Source: Diadema antillarum (Eukaryota). Taken from it: DNA of 64,000 bases. Each line of letters starts with the position of its first letter. Position 1 is the stretch's first letter. The stretch lies in the NCBI RefSeq assembly GCF_040938485.1, contig NW_027272646.1, positions 620,001 to 684,000 on the forward strand, given 5' to 3'. The translations under genes and the position numbers were made by a program. The notes below the pieces were generated by a model. The model made no database searches, was not told the origin of the DNA, and saw only the letters and a program-made list of their open reading frames with translations. Positions 14,412-26,500 of this stretch are shown in pieces.

Positions 14412-14590
14412 GAATCTATTAGCCAATCACATGCGAGGTAGTTTCTACGTGTTTGTTTTAATAAAACACGTACCTCGCATGTGACTGGCTTACAGATTCA
14501 AAATGGCGACTTACTGCTTGCGAACGGCGATGTTGCGATATCGATTGCGATATCGATAAAATTTCTGCGTTATAACCGAGTTTATGTGAG
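14412..14590. promoter_or_regulatory. Promoter-like block: inverted repeat with CCAAT box, YY1-like CAAAATGGCGAC, TATCGATA, and splice donors on both strands
   Basis: Motifs seen directly in a CpG-rich stretch; promoter function is inference. Confidence 0.35.
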
Positions 14591-15075
14591 TATTTCGATT
14601 GCACAATGTGAGAAATTTATCCCAAATATTGCTGCATAATGTGTCATGTCATATAATGTCAAAAAGCTGTCTGAAATTTGGTATATCGTAACGTTTGATC
14701 TGTGCGCGACTGCTCCACACGGGAGCCGCAATCATTGACTTCGGTCTGTATACGGAGGGGATCCGTGAAGCCAGACGCAGTCTCCGCGGAACATTCCCCG
14801 ACGGACAGATACAGACCGATCTTTCGGTCAAAGTCTTTCTCAGCTCACCGGTCATCCTGAAGTACATGCACCAACAAAAAGCACATGCATAATGCATGGT
14901 AAGTATCTGAAACCAAGTCAATGCACAGTACGAAAAGGCTATCAAGACTAAAATTTTCCTCTCCACCAAATTAATTTACATGGTCCTCGGGTCTGGACGG
15001 CGACGAAAAGAGATAAAGAGCTGAAGGGAGAAAGAGAGAATGTGAAGGAATAGAGGAGACTGTGTTGATTCTTAC

Positions 15076-15102
15076 CTTGCTGTATGGCTGTCGGCCAGGC
15101 AT
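15076..15102 (-). CDS. Candidate alternative first coding segment MPGRQPYSK (phase 0) at the 3' end of a UTR-rich exon, possibly 15076-15364
   Basis: aaaATG with an in-frame upstream TAA, strong donor AAG|gtaaga, and a possible acceptor ctacttttcag|g at 15365. Only 9 codons, so coding evidence is weak. Confidence 0.4.
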
Positions 15103-16792
15103 TTTTGCTTGAGATCGGCTTTCAAATGCCACTTAATCCAATCACAAGAAGTACCTCTAAACAATTAGATAAGAAGTATTCCTTCCTCAGCAGGAGTTAT
15201 ATCCAAGGGTCGTGAGAAACAAGAGAGGCTTGGTAATTTGCACAACCACCACCACTAATCGGCCGGAGCGTTCAGCAGCAGGTGAACCGGGTTATCACTA
15301 ATAGTCCCAAACACTCGAAACCATGCAGTGTGCCTGTGCCTGCGTCTGTGTGTGTCCTCCACTCCTGAAAAGTAGAGGGGGGTGCTCGCTAATGGAGCTA
15401 TCAGAGGCTGTCCCGATATGATCGCCAATCCAGCTAAATGAGCGAGGACGTCTGGTGATAATATCAACCACCAATGCCCCAGAATGCGTCCACGGCAGCG
15501 GTTATCATATCACTACACATCCGGAAGAATCCCCTTATCCGACCGAGGGATCAAATCGCATGCAAACCTGAGTCTTTGCCCATGACAGGAGTGAAAAATT
15601 CTCACAACAGATTTCCTATTCTTTCTTTCTTTCCTTTTTTTTGTGTAGGTCTTCTTTCAAATAATTCCCACCTATCTGTGACAAACACTCGGATAAGACA
15701 AGTAAATTCCAATGTCAGAGAACACCGGCTGGACTGGTCCGTCGAAACACGAATGCACTTATATCAAATGGCACACAGACACACACACACATACACACAC
15801 ATATGTAATACATATGAGTGTGTGGCTTCCTCACTTCACAATCACAGTGATATGCCTATGAGAGCTGGCTGCAGTGTACGGGCAAGAAGTCTACACACAG
15901 GTGCAACGGTTTCTCTTTATATTGGTAGAACAGCTAGCACCGCTCTGTCAGAAAGAGCCCTATCCCCCAAAGCACTGCCTGAACACAATCACACTCCAGT
16001 GGAACCGGTATATGAATGGGCGGGAGAGTGAGAGGTTATTGTTTGTGTGTGTGTGCATGTGTGTGTGGGTTTTGTGCATGTTCCCTGTACAGAGCACCAA
16101 AAGTGTAAAGCCATTGATGTGTGTCTGTGTGTGTGAGTGTGTGTGTGTGCATGTATTTGTGTATAAAGCACAGCTTACCAAAATAGGCTTTTGCCCATTG
16201 ATATGATAGGATAAAAAAAGAAAGCTTTACATTTTTCTCCTCTCTCGTTCATTTTTTTTTCCTCTCATGGTATTTACTCACACAAAGGGTGACTTTCCCA
16301 TTCTACTTTAAAGGGCCAACATGAAACCTGTTCTTCTCGGCCTGACTTAGTTTTATTATGATTATTATTATTTTGTTGATGAGACACAAAAGAGCCAAAA
16401 TAACACTTTTGAAAGCTGGTTTGGTGTAACTTGTAAGGAGGGTAGGGATCCACTGAATCTAGCTGAACCCTGGACACACATCGCTCTCCAAGATCTCAGC
16501 AAATCTTTGACCGTGCCCAGGTTCAACTAGCCGGCCAGCCAGCTGAACAGACAGACAGACACAAACACACATACACACACACATGCACAGACAGACACAC
16601 ACACACACACAGACACACAGAGAGAGACAGACATACAGCCAGACAAACGGGCAGTCAGCCAGCTATGATGTATCTCTTCTGATGAAAGTTGAGCAACAAA
16701 TATCCTCGACTATTAAAAAGGCATAATGACATCTGAGCCTTATGAGGGCAAAACAATGCCACAGCCAGACTTTGAAAGTGCAACATACTTAT

Positions 16793-17056
16793 ATTTTTGC
16801 TCATAACAAGTTACAGGGCAGGCCAGCTGAAAGAAACATTTTCCCACATCTGTTTAACCTTTTTTTGCCACCAATAATACTGCAATGAATTCATTAAAAC
16901 GAGGATTTGGAATTTACTTCATTTTTGCTCATAACAGGTTACAGGGCAGGCCAGCAGTACAGGAATTTGAAAGAAACATTTCCCCAAATTGTGTTTAACC
17001 TTTTTGCCACCAATAATACTGCATTGAATCCATTAAAACAAGGATTTGGAATTTAC
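16793..17056. repeat. Tandem duplication of a ~125-136 bp unit
   Basis: atttttgctcataaca-gttacagggcaggccagc...ggatttggaatttac at 16793-16917 and 16921-17056. Confidence 0.9.
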
Positions 17057-17359
17057 AAAATATCTCCTGCTTAGCTTTATTCTATTGCCTCTTTCATTAA
17101 CAAGTTGAATATGGAGATGGAACAATATTTAGGCCTAAAATTTCAAGTATTCTCACTCCTTGGCAACAAGTCAATCAGTCACAGAAAGATTAAAAACAAT
17201 TAAAAAAGACTGTAAAGAACTTAAACTGTTTCTCATCCAAATCTTTACCTTTTTCAAGAGCTCTAAACAAACCCAAATCAAACACTGAGGTGTATCTTTT
17301 CTTTCGTTTTCCTTCCAAAGAGCATCAATTGCTCACGATGGTGGTCTCCTGCACTCAAT

Positions 17360-17572
17360 TGTCTCTTTTATTTACTGAAAAATACTATACATCTTATTGC
17401 ATGTTTCTGTTTATGTATACTATTCAATACAATTGCTTATGTGTATCTATTTGTGTAATGTTATATCATCATTTTCAATCACTGCACTTGTTACTCTTTG
17501 TCTTTGTGCTTTTGAAATATGTATTCAATTTATATCTGATTGAAGGCAGAAATAAATCAAATCAAATCAAAT
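17360..17572 (+). mobile_element. Possible LINE 3' tail
   Basis: T-rich tract ending AATAAA then (TCAAA)3. Left boundary approximate. Confidence 0.35.
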
Positions 17573-18021
17573 TCTCATTATTCATGAATTTAGCACTCAT
17601 AAAATTGATTTGATTGGTATTGGAGTTGCATGGCATGTTAAAGCTTCTCTAATACTTTCCATTTACAATGTATATTCTCTTGATATGACCTGAAACAATA
17701 TGACATAAAAAGGAACAATTTGTGGGATTTCAATATCTGGAAAGACAGAGACTCAGTAATGCGTCATACGATTACTTACTATGCAATACTGACTACATAT
17801 TAGTGAAAACCTTTCCTTTACGATGTACAAATACTGTGTATAAGCATTGAATACAAAGGTCTGGACATATTTCCAATTACATCAGCTCAAAATTATTCCC
17901 TTGAAATACTGCAAGGTGAATACCTCGGTATTAAAGTCAATAAGCCATGAGAAATAGAAGCAGGGGAGAAGGGGGCGGGGCAAAGCAAGGATGAACAGAG
18001 ATGATTCACGCTGCATAGCTA

Positions 18022-18056
<35 letters not shown>

Positions 18057-19830
18057 CACGTTTACACACAATGAACACACAGGAAGAAGAGAAGAACAAA
18101 AAATAATTAATTGCGGACATCCAAGCCAAGCTCACAAAGACATGAAAGGACGAGATGATATTTCATCAAGAAATATCGTTTACACAGAGTGACCAACTGA
18201 AATTGGGGGGAGGGGGGTGGGGTGTGGAGTGGGGAATAAGAGGGAAAAGGTGAAAAAAAAAATATTTAATATGAGACTACCCTGGGAAGATCATTGTACC
18301 TTGAGACTAAATTGCAAATTGTGAGATATATGAATGTAGCAGCTTTCACACTTGCAAATAAACTCATTTGTGATCACATATCTAAAACATGTTTTTTAAA
18401 GTGTTTAGAGTCACCGAATTAATGCTCACACCCGAAATGACTCTCCTTGATGATTTCCGAGTGTGAAGGACCCCATACTCGATGCAACAGGTATGTTACA
18501 GATAGCACTGCCTATCAATGATACAAGCAATATGCTCATATGCGAGAAAAGGTATGTATACTTGATAATGTGCACGGCAAAATTGTGTTTGGAGGTCAAA
18601 CCAGAGTGAAATCCAAGAGGAAAACACCTCTGTACCACAAGTTGGGCAAACGCAATTTGAGAAACACGCTCGGGAAAAACAGGACTCATGCTTGCATTTA
18701 AACTTACCACGCACACAGACACACATACACACACAAAGAAAAAAGTGATAAAGATACTTGATTGCCATTAATAGTGTTTGTAAAACCTGTTTACAAACGA
18801 GTTCTTATTCAAGTGTGAAAGCACTCATCATTAAAACCATCAATATCATCATCATCATCATCACTGTATCCTTATCCATCCCCCTCGGTGAAAGTCATGA
18901 AATCTGATGCAATCTACCAGGTTATATCAAAACCTTTCACATATTCGAGGTCAAGTTATCCATATCCAAATGATGCATGAAGACATAAAAGATCATGTTC
19001 ACATTTAACCATGAGAGATCTGCATAACATTCATCACACACCCTTTCCATAATGACATCACATTTCCAGGGATACTCCAACCATAGAGGGCAGTACTCAT
19101 GACTTGAGCTGCCAGTGGTGGTATTGGAGATCTACACACACATACACTATGTAAATACATGTGTACACATGCAGAAAGCCATGCCATTTGACATGAGTGG
19201 GAAGTTAAAGGTGCATGGTCCCAGTGTTTTAGTCAAATGCGTACGCAGGCGCACGGCGCAAGTTTCCTATAGAGACCTACGCTATCGACACCTCTTTAGC
19301 GCTTATGCTTTGGCCCACTTCCCCGAGTCCGAAGAAGTCCGATCCACTGTCGTCAGTGGTCCCATCACAGTTCGGCTCATGCTTCGGCTGAGGGGGATGA
19401 CAGCTTCAGCAAACTTCTTTTGTGATGTCATAATAACAAGCACATATGCATGCACCCTGGCATTACTACAGACTGCGCGATGTGCAGAGAAGACAACGAA
19501 GGCAACGTTACTTAGCAACACCTACGCACTTTACTCTTGATGACAGCTCAACTTCGGTAATCTTCGTATCAATGCTTACGGTGATCGGCAGTATCATCAA
19601 CAGCGCCCTCTACACTACCGGGACTATGCCCCTTTAAGTGATCACCCACTGGACTTACAAGTCATATCTGCACAAATCGTGAAATGCTTTCGTACAATGT
19701 ATACATTCTCATAAAGATTGTACCTTTATATTCTGATGCTGCCTTCATCTTTGTAGTATAGCAACACTTGGATAATGCAGATGATTTTGTCTAGTTGTGT
19801 TTGTGTATTCAGTATTTGCGCTGGCCATGG

Positions 19831-20041
19831 TACTGTAAAACGAGGAATTTTTGCGTGCATTCTAATTTCGCGAATTTCGCGAGTGCCAAGATTCGCGAAA
19901 TTAGAATGCACGCGAGTGTCCTTGTGTACACTATACCCACTGAACGCCAGTGGCATTTCATGAAAATTTCATGCCACGAAAAAGGCTGTCGGCTCCAATT
20001 CGCGAAAAATTCATGCCGCGGATATATCATGTTTTACAGTA
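19831..20041. mobile_element. TA-target MITE family A, copy 3
   Basis: Starts tactgtaaaacgaggaa and ends tgttttacagta; near-identical stretch taatttcgcgaatttcgcgagtgccaa shared with copy 1. Confidence 0.8.
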
Positions 20042-21570
20042 CTCATATTTTCCCCCATCCACCATCCCCTGAAAGGAATATTAGCACCTGCTCTGAAGGA
20101 CCCCCCCCCCCGTGTCCTCATTCCCTAATTCATACAATATCTGTCTCCTTAATAATATATGTTACTGCAAAGAAAAGGGAACTTTCCAATCCTATATTTT
20201 CTGCCATTGCAAATAAATACTGAAGTAAATTCTTTCAAGAAAAAAAAAAAGATGGAAGCCAGCTTGACAAAAACTTGTAAACACTGGTTGATATTGGTGA
20301 ATTCTTCCACAAGAAAAAATAACCTAATTTTGGGGATGGGTATTCTTCCCCTTAAAGGGACTACCATTTGTTTCATCCTGGATTCATAGAGCATGTATGC
20401 AACATGTAGAGTGGTGGAACTGCCATCTGCTAATAGCAACCTCTGAGCAGATGCTTTGCTTCGCTATCTCCTCTCCCCCACCCCCCCCCCCAAAAAAATG
20501 AAATACAAGAATGAAATCAGAATCGCAGCAAAACAAGTCGATTTCAATGGATACTTAGCAAGAAATGCTTTGAATCTTTCATGTATGTTATGTTATCCCC
20601 CTTTGAATTATCATCTTCAAAACACATCTCCCCTGGGTGTCGTTTACACGTATTGGATCCACATGTCTGTCTTGCTGCCATCATGTGCAGACGGCATGAA
20701 GAGGAAAAGGCATAATGTGGAGAAAGTGACTGATAGAGGGCAGCAGACAATTCTTCCCTTACAACAGGGATTGAATGACACAGAGAGAAGAGAGAAATTA
20801 CAAAATTTGGTTTAGAAGAGTACTGCTTGCTATGTCTAGCTTTACACAATCATGACAGTCTTTAACTTTTGTGTTCAAACCAAATCAGTCCTAATAAAGT
20901 GTGTTTCAAGTTGGCACTGGAGGACCAGAAAGCAGTAAAGGAGTTGCACAAAAGCCACAAGTTACATCCCATCTAATATTTCATGGCCAGAATTCTCAGA
21001 GAAATACAAGCAGCCATTTCTTGCAAGTAAAAATTTCTACGTTTACGGTTCTCGCTCGGTCTTCAATGAAACCGCCTGCATTTCAATCCGATTTCTTTTT
21101 ACAAGTTATGAGATGCGTGAACCACAGGCGTGTATCACAATTAAAAAAAAGACATAAAAATGACACAAATGAGATGGCGCAGTTTCTTTTAAAGAACTCT
21201 ACTACTAAAATCGACTCCTGCCTTTAACTGAAGCTATCATCACATGTATCTGGGAATCAGCTTCTAGCATTTGGGGTTTTTCTATCTTTAGACATACAAA
21301 TTTAGTTGCCATTATGTGATTTCTAAGTATTATGTCAATATTTTATGAAGCCATTCCCCAGCCTCTTGGCAGAAATCCAATCTGTTTATATATAATTCAT
21401 TCTTTATATCACTACTGTTGAGGGAAAAAAGAATAAAAATGAATAGAACAAATGACCTCTCCTTGCAATCACTATAAAATATCAAATTCTTGGATGGGGG
21501 AAGTTTGCGGCAGACACTATCATTTGGTCATCATTTAATTGACATCAACTTATTTCACTGCATATCTTCC

Positions 21571-21665
21571 ATCGCAGAAAGATTGGACTGGTTCATAGAA
21601 TCGCAGAAAGATTGGACTGGTTCATAGAATCGCAGAAAGATTGAACTGAACTGGTTCATAGAATC
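21571..21665. repeat. 29-bp minisatellite, about 3 copies
   Basis: ATCGCAGAAAGATTGGACTGGTTCATAGA twice exactly, then a third copy with a 5-nt insertion. No spacers. Confidence 0.95.
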
Positions 21666-22629
21666 TGTACAAAATCAAAAAGAAATTTGCCTCATTTTGT
21701 CAATTGAGAGAGAGAAACAAGAATGTAAATCTTCGTATATATGTTGCCAATTTTAAGAAGTAGATATAAAAGTGGCAATTAAAGAGGCTTTTGAAAATTC
21801 TGTACCCAAAATATATCACACCAAGAATGGGCTCATTCATTTAAAAGAGAGAATGTCTCAGTCCACCTCATGAAATGCTAACAATGACTAGTAAAAACTA
21901 AATTATAAAGGACAACAGGTATGCAGGACCAAATGATACAAATATGGTTTCTACAACTTAATGGGTTAAGTAAGACTGACATTGAGCACTGCACTTATCA
22001 TGGCTACACCCAAAAGATCAATACTTTCACCTTTATAATGCAGGATCTTGCCTCACAATACACAGATGTAGAAGTCTGAAGCGGAAAAGGGTACCATTCA
22101 CAACATACACCAAAAAAAATACAGAAATATTGGAAAATCATGATAGCTTGTGTACCTGTGGGGCCCTGGAATGTGCATGGAAACAGCAAATATTCAGTGG
22201 GTCCTGTTATGTGTATAATACAGGCAGACCATTTGCAGATCCCATAAGTCATAAATCACAGTAGGCGAGACACCTAACTATTTGCACACTGTCATACGAT
22301 CTGGCTGTATGACTTTTAAATGCTGGGTATCTTGATGCGTAAGAGCTTAGCTTAGCTCCAAGACTTTTTTGACATTATTTTCTACTTCTCTGCCCATTTC
22401 AAACCTTTCAATATTAATGTCAGTGACTCACTAATAGCTTCATACGACATTAAGCCATTCATGATTATATGACACTATCAGAAGCATTGTGATAACCAAG
22501 GTATGCAAAGGATGTCACTGTATGGTAATTATTACCTCACAGCTCCCTCACTTGAAATAAGGGTACATCAACGAAGAGCTTGAAACACATGAGAAAAACA
22601 TCTGGGGTACATCAATCCAGACAGTGACA

Positions 22630-22642
22630 TGTACACACACAA

Positions 22643-22693
<51 letters not shown>
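22630..22693. repeat. (AC)n microsatellite
   Basis: Seen directly. Similar tracts at 4240-4300, 16560-16620, 18025-18055, 32468-32553 and 34380-34465. Confidence 0.95.
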
Positions 22694-22696
<3 letters not shown>

Positions 22697-23248
22697 CAAG
22701 CAAACTTTGCTTTGTCGTAAATATTACACTGACAGTATGAGTATAATTGTGTGCAAATGATAGATTTGATGACAGATCAATATGCATATAATTATATGAG
22801 GCCAGCAAATCACCATCTTTATTGTTTTGCGAGATCAATATTGACGACAGAGTCATGTCTTGCATGTAAATTCTTCATGGAGAAAGGAACTGGCTGATAA
22901 AAAGTCATCATTCAGATTACTGATATATTGTACATGTGCTAAAAAGACAATTACATTTTTTTTTTTCATTCCATCAGTATGACTTCTGGAATTCTCTTCA
23001 CCTTCACTTGCTCTCGCAATTATTTTCAGAGTGAGTTTGTGCTTTTCTTTGTTTGTTTCTTTCTTTCTTTTTTGTTTGCCACTTCTAAAGATATATCTTA
23101 TCATTTCAATCCCAGCTTTAACAACTACTTGGTCATTAAATGAGCATTATCTCCCTCTCTCCTTCTCTCTCTATCTCTTTCTTTCCCACTTTCATTTTTT
23201 TCTCTCAATTAGTCTTTCCCTTCCTTCTTTTTTTCTTTCTTTTTTTTT

Positions 23249-23279
<31 letters not shown>

Positions 23280-23353
23280 GAAGAGGGGGGCTATCTCTTA
23301 ACTTACTAATGATTCTCTCCCTGGGTCCCATTCTGCAAGACATTGGTACTTAC

Positions 23354-23515
23354 GTGTCTTCCGATGGTGTGGCTACCGGTGTTCAGGTACTTCCACCAGT
23401 TGGTGCCGTATCCGAACCGCATCAGTTCTCTGGCGGTCGACGCATAGGACCCGCGGATGGTGACCGACTGGCCAGTGATGCGCGTGTTTCTCGGCAGCGA
23501 GTGCGTCTCCGCCAT
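23354..23515 (-). CDS. Probable alternative first coding exon (54 codons, ends phase 0): MAETHSLPRNTRITGQSVTIRGSYASTARELMRFGYGTNWWKYLNTGSHTIGRH
   Basis: ATG in good context (gcgATGG) with an in-frame upstream TGA and no polypyrimidine acceptor nearby. Codons are almost all GC3, donor is CAC|gtaagt, and length is exactly 162 nt. Confidence 0.7.
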
Positions 23516-26500
23516 CGCGTTCTGCTGTCCTCGCAACGGACGGCAAATTTCATCAAACGGTGAATCCCGTCAAAAGGAGGTACTCAATCTGCGCAAACAC
23601 AATCACTGTGATAGCTTCCCCATTTTCTTTTAATTTTTAAGCAGCAAACAATGTGTTGACCTTCTTCCTCACATCTGCACTTGGTATCACTGTTAACATT
23701 GTAGCAAATCCATGAACAGTTGAGTATCCTAGAAATTATGTATGCATCCAGCCCTTTCCAGGGATTGGTCGAACGCTAGCTCCGAGTCTCTCTTCCTGCC
23801 TGTGACTTGCGACTCGCTCACTCCACAATTCACAGAATTGTAGAAATCCTTCGGCCATCAAATCAAGAAATCCACTCAGCTAGACTCACACAAAACAAAC
23901 CAAACGGGTAAAAAAATGGGGAGGTGCGTACAGCAAGCATTGATTGCTGCTGTGAAAAAAGCCATGTGGTGCTACAGATATTGGCACAGGTCCATAAAAA
24001 AAAAACAGCTGATGGAAGAACAGAAAAAAAAATAGCTTCTGGTATCGATAGTAACATGACAACAATTCAGTTACTGCAATGAGCTCCAGTTGCTAATTGT
24101 GAATACTGTCTACGTAATTCATGCTCCAAACAAGGACTGGCAGTCAGTCTGGCAGGGAAAGACTTAACCACATACCAGTGTGAAGATCCTTATCCAAACA
24201 CTGTTAGTCCCACTGTTACCAGGCCATAATGATGTTGCAATACCAAAAGGCAGAACACTCATCTTCAGCCAGGCATATTCCTACAATTCAATTGGCAAAC
24301 AAATTACTTACAACTTTCTTTTTCCACCGCAGATGATGATGTCTATAACCACGATGACACTCCAATGTCTGGACAAAGAGGACAAAGCTACCGGAAATCG
24401 AATACAGATGGATACAAGATGAGATGGGATACAGAAATTTGGGTTCACAACTGCAGCTTGGACTTCGTCAGAATGACAGAGGAGCACTTTCCAATGACAA
24501 TGCACAGTGAAGAGAACATGACGGAGGGGGGGGGGGGGGAGGGGGGAGGGGGAAAGGGGGGAAGGGGGGAGAGGGAGCTGTCGCAGACACTTTCAGTGAC
24601 ATGCAAGTGTATGCGTCACAGATCTGTTCCAACAGGACTTCATCATTCTTAAGCCTACTCAGGCACATGTACGAGCAATGCCGACCTTGGGGTAATCAGA
24701 TTTTTTGTTTTGAGAAAGCGAACGCTTGCTGGACAGCTCAGCATGGGGGAGAATGTGTATGTCTACATTCAGAGGGTGACCGGATTATACGATCCTTGAA
24801 AACTCCCCTTCCCCCTCGCAAGTGATTCCAGAGAGGGGAACGGTGAGACCCGCTGGTTCATCAGCCAAGGGATGCAACAGCTGAGGATGTCATCTCAAAA
24901 GTGATGTCGGGCGGGGCATACCCAAGCGCAATCCTGGGCGCTGGGGGCCAGACGCTTGTTAACATGCATCTCGGCTCTCACATCACACGCCACCTCATCC
25001 ATCAACTTAAAGGGATTGCCTCACTTAATTACATGAGCAGATTTTCACGAACATGACGCAAGTCAAGACCTATAGCACAGATTTCACTTCAATGCTCGCG
25101 AGTTGTTCAGCAAAGGCTTGCGAAAAACTGAGAGTAAACATGCCAAAAAGAAACCTTGGCAACATTCCATAATATTGCGCCATGATAACATTTTCAAGTG
25201 ATGACAAGCCTGTTTTGAATCACACTGCAAAAATGTAGCTCTCTAAATCTGAAAAAGTTAAACATGCACACATTTTTTGGTACTTCAGGACTGTCGACAT
25301 GAATATGAGCAACCCAAGTTAAATATTCATTGCAATCCTACCAGAAACCGCAGTAATTGAAAGAATTTTTTCCTTTACTGTTTTAAGACTCCCACCTATT
25401 AGTCATCAAAGTGTGATCACACCAGCTTCCAATCAAGGGGAGGTGAAAAAGTTTTTCCCTACCTCAAGCTGGAGACTCCAGAACATGAGAGACCCGACTA
25501 CCGGTAATTAACATGTGTTTTCTGACGTTGCGGGAGTGGGCCCTCGCGTCAGAGGAACCCTGAAGATGTCATCGGTGTTAAGATCGAACCTGATTGGAGA
25601 CACGCTCATCCCAGCTTCACGGGATGGTTCACACTTCACTCAATCCTCTGAAACTGTTAGCTGCAAGAGTGTTGTGAAGTCCCGACAGAAGAAGGTGCAA
25701 GCACAGGCTAATACTTATAATGCTTCTCATTTTAAACTATTTTTGTTTGTGATCAACTGAAAATTGGTTCTAGTAAAAAAAAAAAAAAAAGTCATCTGCT
25801 GTGTTTGTGAGAATGAAAGAGGGGAGCAGGAAAAAAAAAAGAAAGGTGTTTCCTCAGTTGGCAAAGTACTTAGTAGTAGATAGTGATGTGCTTTTAAAAC
25901 TTGAAAACATTTCTAATTCTTTTGTTGGTCCACAATTCATCACAAAACCATTTTATAACATCACAATATTGGGGTTTTGTGAAATGTTGATTTTCTTCTT
26001 CATGAAGATGTTCAAAAAGATTTCCATCTTAATATATTTTTGGAACCAAAATTACCTCTACACAACACTAATACACAAGAGTTCTATGAAAACTGAACAG
26101 AACGCAAAGTTGCCACAAAACATGATATCATGAACTTCACAGGATACAGGGCAAAAGGGCTATGTAGAATTGATTTGTGGATGGAAATATCTGGATGGCA
26201 GCAAAACTCAAATAATGTGCGAATTTGAGATGTTATATAATGCAGACAGGAGAAAACGATTCTTCCTCACTACAAACACAGAGTTTGAAGTCATTCACTG
26301 GCAACTTCGCATAACCTGTAGTAGAAACAGACACTTTCTTATCACAGAAGAATGACGTATACATCATCCCATATCACCGTCTATATGCTATAGATATCAC
26401 TCTTCATTTAACAAACATGTACACAAACTGTGCAGGCTACATCTTCATCATCCTGGTGCAAATAACATCATTTGACTAATAACTAACGACTAATGACATA

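Noticed and set aside
14660-15102. Spliced MPGRQPYSK|DDR-TGA-AEKDFDRK... read-through or selenoprotein idea
   Set aside because: Requires an unverified junction and recoding, with no redox motif or SECIS seen.
15474-16031. Longest gap-free ORF in the track (185 aa, plus strand)
   Set aside because: No codon bias, runs through (AC)n repeats, no recognisable domain.
19270-19440. Minus-strand frame ...KEVC-TGA-SCHPPQPKHEPNCDG..., a possible selenocysteine read-through
   Set aside because: Not a known selenoprotein motif, no supporting splice sites or start, no SECIS identified; in-frame TGA next to Cys is common by chance.
21571-21665. 29-bp direct repeats resembling a CRISPR array
   Set aside because: Copies are head-to-tail with no unique spacers, there are no cas genes, and the context is eukaryotic.
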